Part shown: positions 62,147-64,000 of the stretch, piece after piece | How positions within the stretch are numbered: position 1 is the first letter of the stretch | Layout: each line of letters opens with the position of its first letter | Virus record (IMG/VR): IMGVR_UViG_3300032287_000965 | Location: 2,343 to 66,342 of that record | Length of the DNA: 64,000 nucleotides | Direction: 5' to 3' (one strand) | Origin: a virus | Notes under the pieces: generated by a model | Databases searched by the model: none | What the model saw: the letters and a program-made list of their open reading frames with translations, nothing else | Told to the model about the DNA's origin: nothing | Made by a program: the position numbers and the translations under genes

Positions 62147-63489
62147 TATTTAGCCTCCAGTGCCGCGACTTTTGCCTTCAGTTCTTCGATCATGGCTTGC
62201 TGTTCTTGAATGGCTTTAACAAGACGAGCTTCGGTTTTGCTCCACCCTGTAATAGTCAGCATTTCATCGCTGGCAGTACCAACTACGTCTGGGTAAACCT
62301 CTTGCATTTCTTGAGCTATAAAACCGACCTGATGCCCCCCTGTTTTATAGTCGAATTCAACCGGGCGTAAAGCACAGATGTTTTCAAGTTGCGGCGGTAT
62401 ATCGGAAATGTTTTCTTTAAGCCTCTCGTCAGAGTAGGAGCCAAACGCTGCCGCACCACTACCATTTCCGTTGATCTGACCATTGCCAGAGCTTGCGTTG
62501 TTAAACAGAAATTGAATATAGACTTGACTAGTGGTTCCGTTATTAGGCTGTTTCTTTACGTACATACAAGGCGTTCCAACTGCGCCACCTGATGTATAAA
62601 AATCACTAGCGGGTGCGTTTCCTGATTCCGCAACAGTAAGTCTTGCAGTTGGGCTTGTTGTGCCCACCATAAAATTACCAGTAGAATCAATAACCATACG
62701 CCATGCGGCGGCAGTTTCATCGTAAACAACTAACGCGCCATTAGTAAAACCACCGACAGTGCCAAGAACTCCAACACGAAATTGACGTTGGTCGTTTTTA
62801 TAAAGCGTTGCGGCGTTATATCCGTTTGCTTGGGTATCTTCAATTCTTAAATAAGTATTTCCTGAACCTTTAACATCAAGCTTCTGCGCTGGCGAACTCG
62901 TACCCACACCCACGTTACCGCTACTAACTGCAAGGTTCACCCCAGCATTAAACGTCGAAGACCCAGTAACTGTGCCGCCCGTCAAAGGCAGTGCGTTTGA
63001 GATAGAAGTCAGGGTATAGACCTCAATGACCACAATGTCGCCAGCCGTGCAAGCGTTAAGTAGCGTAACAGTCGTGCCGTTCGTTGCTGTGTAGTCAGCA
63101 GGGGCAAGCTGGGAGCCGTTACGGATGACGTTGATGAAGCCCGGTGTGTACGATCCTGACGGGGTGAACGTAGTCTGACTTGCAGTTGCTGTAAACGAAG
63201 TCGAGGAAAAGTACGCCGTGTTGCCCGGTGACGATACGCCGATGACTGGCAGTCCAAGGTAGAGCACCGAGATGTTGTTTGTACCCGTAGGTGGAGCAGG
63301 TGAAAATGTAATCGTTGTGCCGATGACTGAGTACAGGTTCGGGTTCTGCACCACACCGCTAATGGCAACAATGATCGAAGTCGCACTTGCTGGCGCATAG
63401 GTCAGCGTGAAAGCCGTAGTTGATCCGTTACCGCTGAACTGATCAAACGGGAATGAGGCTGTTGTTGGTTGTGCGCCGATGTATGACAT
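62146..63489 (-). CDS. Tail fibre with C-terminal intramolecular chaperone (peptidase S74-like)
   Basis: GNVG.GT.SP repeats; SDERLKENI, LRPV.F, GFIAQE, LVKAIQE. Confidence 0.85.
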   Translation of the reverse strand: MSYIGAQPTTASFPFDQFSGNGSTTAFTLTYAPASATSIIVAISGVVQNPNLYSVIGTTITFSPAPPTGTNNISVLYLGLPVIGVSSPGNTAYFSSTSFTATASQTTFTPSGSYTPGFINVIRNGSQLAPADYTATNGTTVTLLNACTAGDIVVIEVYTLTSISNALPLTGGTVTGSSTFNAGVNLAVSSGNVGVGTSSPAQKLDVKGSGNTYLRIEDTQANGYNAATLYKNDQRQFRVGVLGTVGGFTNGALVVYDETAAAWRMVIDSTGNFMVGTTSPTARLTVAESGNAPASDFYTSGGAVGTPCMYVKKQPNNGTTSQVYIQFLFNNASSGNGQINGNGSGAAAFGSYSDERLKENISDIPPQLENICALRPVEFDYKTGGHQVGFIAQEMQEVYPDVVGTASDEMLTITGWSKTEARLVKAIQEQQAMIEELKAKVAALEAK

Positions 63490-63731
63490 TATTTAACCTC
63501 TAGTGCCGCAATCTGTTCTTGGTAAGCAGTAACGACTTCAGGCGTCCATACAGTATTGCAAATTGATATAACCTTCTCAGGCTGATCTGTCAGGTCTTGC
63601 CCCGGTGTCAACGATGTGCGGTGGTACGTTTTGCTGATCTCTTTGCCGTCTTCAATAATCTTGATCGCTTCACGGTAAAGAACAATGCCGTTCTCGGTCA
63701 CGGTAATTTGGTCAACTGTAGTTTCTTTCAT
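63489..63731 (-). CDS. Small tail-associated hypothetical protein
   Basis: Start trimmed to ATG 63731 after AAGGA; DG.EIS..YHR...PG.D...V..IC...WT.EV. Confidence 0.65.
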   Translation of the reverse strand: MKETTVDQITVTENGIVLYREAIKIIEDGKEISKTYHRTSLTPGQDLTDQPEKVISICNTVWTPEVVTAYQEQIAALEVK

Positions 63732-63744
63732 TTGACTGTCCTTA

Positions 63745-64000
63745 CTACGTTGTTTGGTAAACACCATTGAAAATCCAAGTCCAGTTGGCGCTTATTACTG
63801 AAGTTGAGCCGGTATAGTCTTGCAACGCTCCCGTGGTTCCATTATTGTTTAAATATAATTGACCCATCTTACCAGTTGATTGATCCTCTCTGGCAAGGAT
63901 AGTTTGTCTAACCCCCGGTGTGTTTGAAGCCGTAAATGGTAGTCCTGACATATTTAAAGTAGACGCGCCAGATGCAGCAGAAATTGCAACAAACCCAAAA
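63745..64000 (-). CDS. Tail fibre protein, C-terminal part (enters from right edge)
   Basis: Open frame with SGLPF motif and terminal ..G.Y.T typical of fibre tip domains. Confidence 0.6.
   Translation of the reverse strand, partial: FGFVAISAASGASTLNMSGLPFTASNTPGVRQTILAREDQSTGKMGQLYLNNNGTTGALQDYTGSTSVISANWTWIFNGVYQTT

Noticed and set aside
59416-64000. Diversity-generating retroelement or invertible tail-fibre cassette
   Set aside because: No reverse transcriptase, invertase or template/variable repeat pair seen.
1-64000. Alternative genetic code, introns or inteins in core genes
   Set aside because: TerL, portal, MCP, PolA, helicase and primase are uninterrupted and of ordinary length in the standard code, and all three stop codons are used.

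Overview
This window is most of a dsDNA tailed-phage genome with podovirus-like morphogenesis genes. The host is inferred to be Gram-negative (Rz/Rz1 spanins, GH108 endolysin). There are two arms. The minus-strand late arm (36850-64000, apparently continuing through 1-15355) carries tail fibres, lysis genes, tail hub, ejection proteins including a 3010-aa polyvalent protein, terminases, portal, scaffold, GroES-like protein, major capsid protein and adaptors. The plus-strand early/middle arm (15818-36860) carries small cassette-like genes, an M28 peptidase, a stand-alone sigma70 region-4 protein, VRR-NUC, a Leu762-type PolA, a PD-(D/E)XK exonuclease, an SNF2 helicase, an SSB-like protein and a primase-helicase. 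I recognised no integrase, RNA polymerase, tRNA or CRISPR array. The main unexplained signals are four. (1) A ~94-nt candidate sRNA at 15402-15495, from a bidirectional promoter shared with terS, is complementary over 13-16 nt to the RBS+start codon of six middle genes. (2) Small late proteins carry variable payloads (one ADP-ribosyltransferase-like) fused to a conserved C-terminal 'KGG..SASSRADGIAQRGKT.G' tag, and a related xxGG motif recurs in the ejection proteins. (3) Eight copies of a GGGTCA-N3-TGACCC palindrome are confined to early-region spacers. (4) Two intergenic regions look like structured RNAs (6935-7015, 33083-33250). All functional calls come from manual motif recognition; no searches were run.
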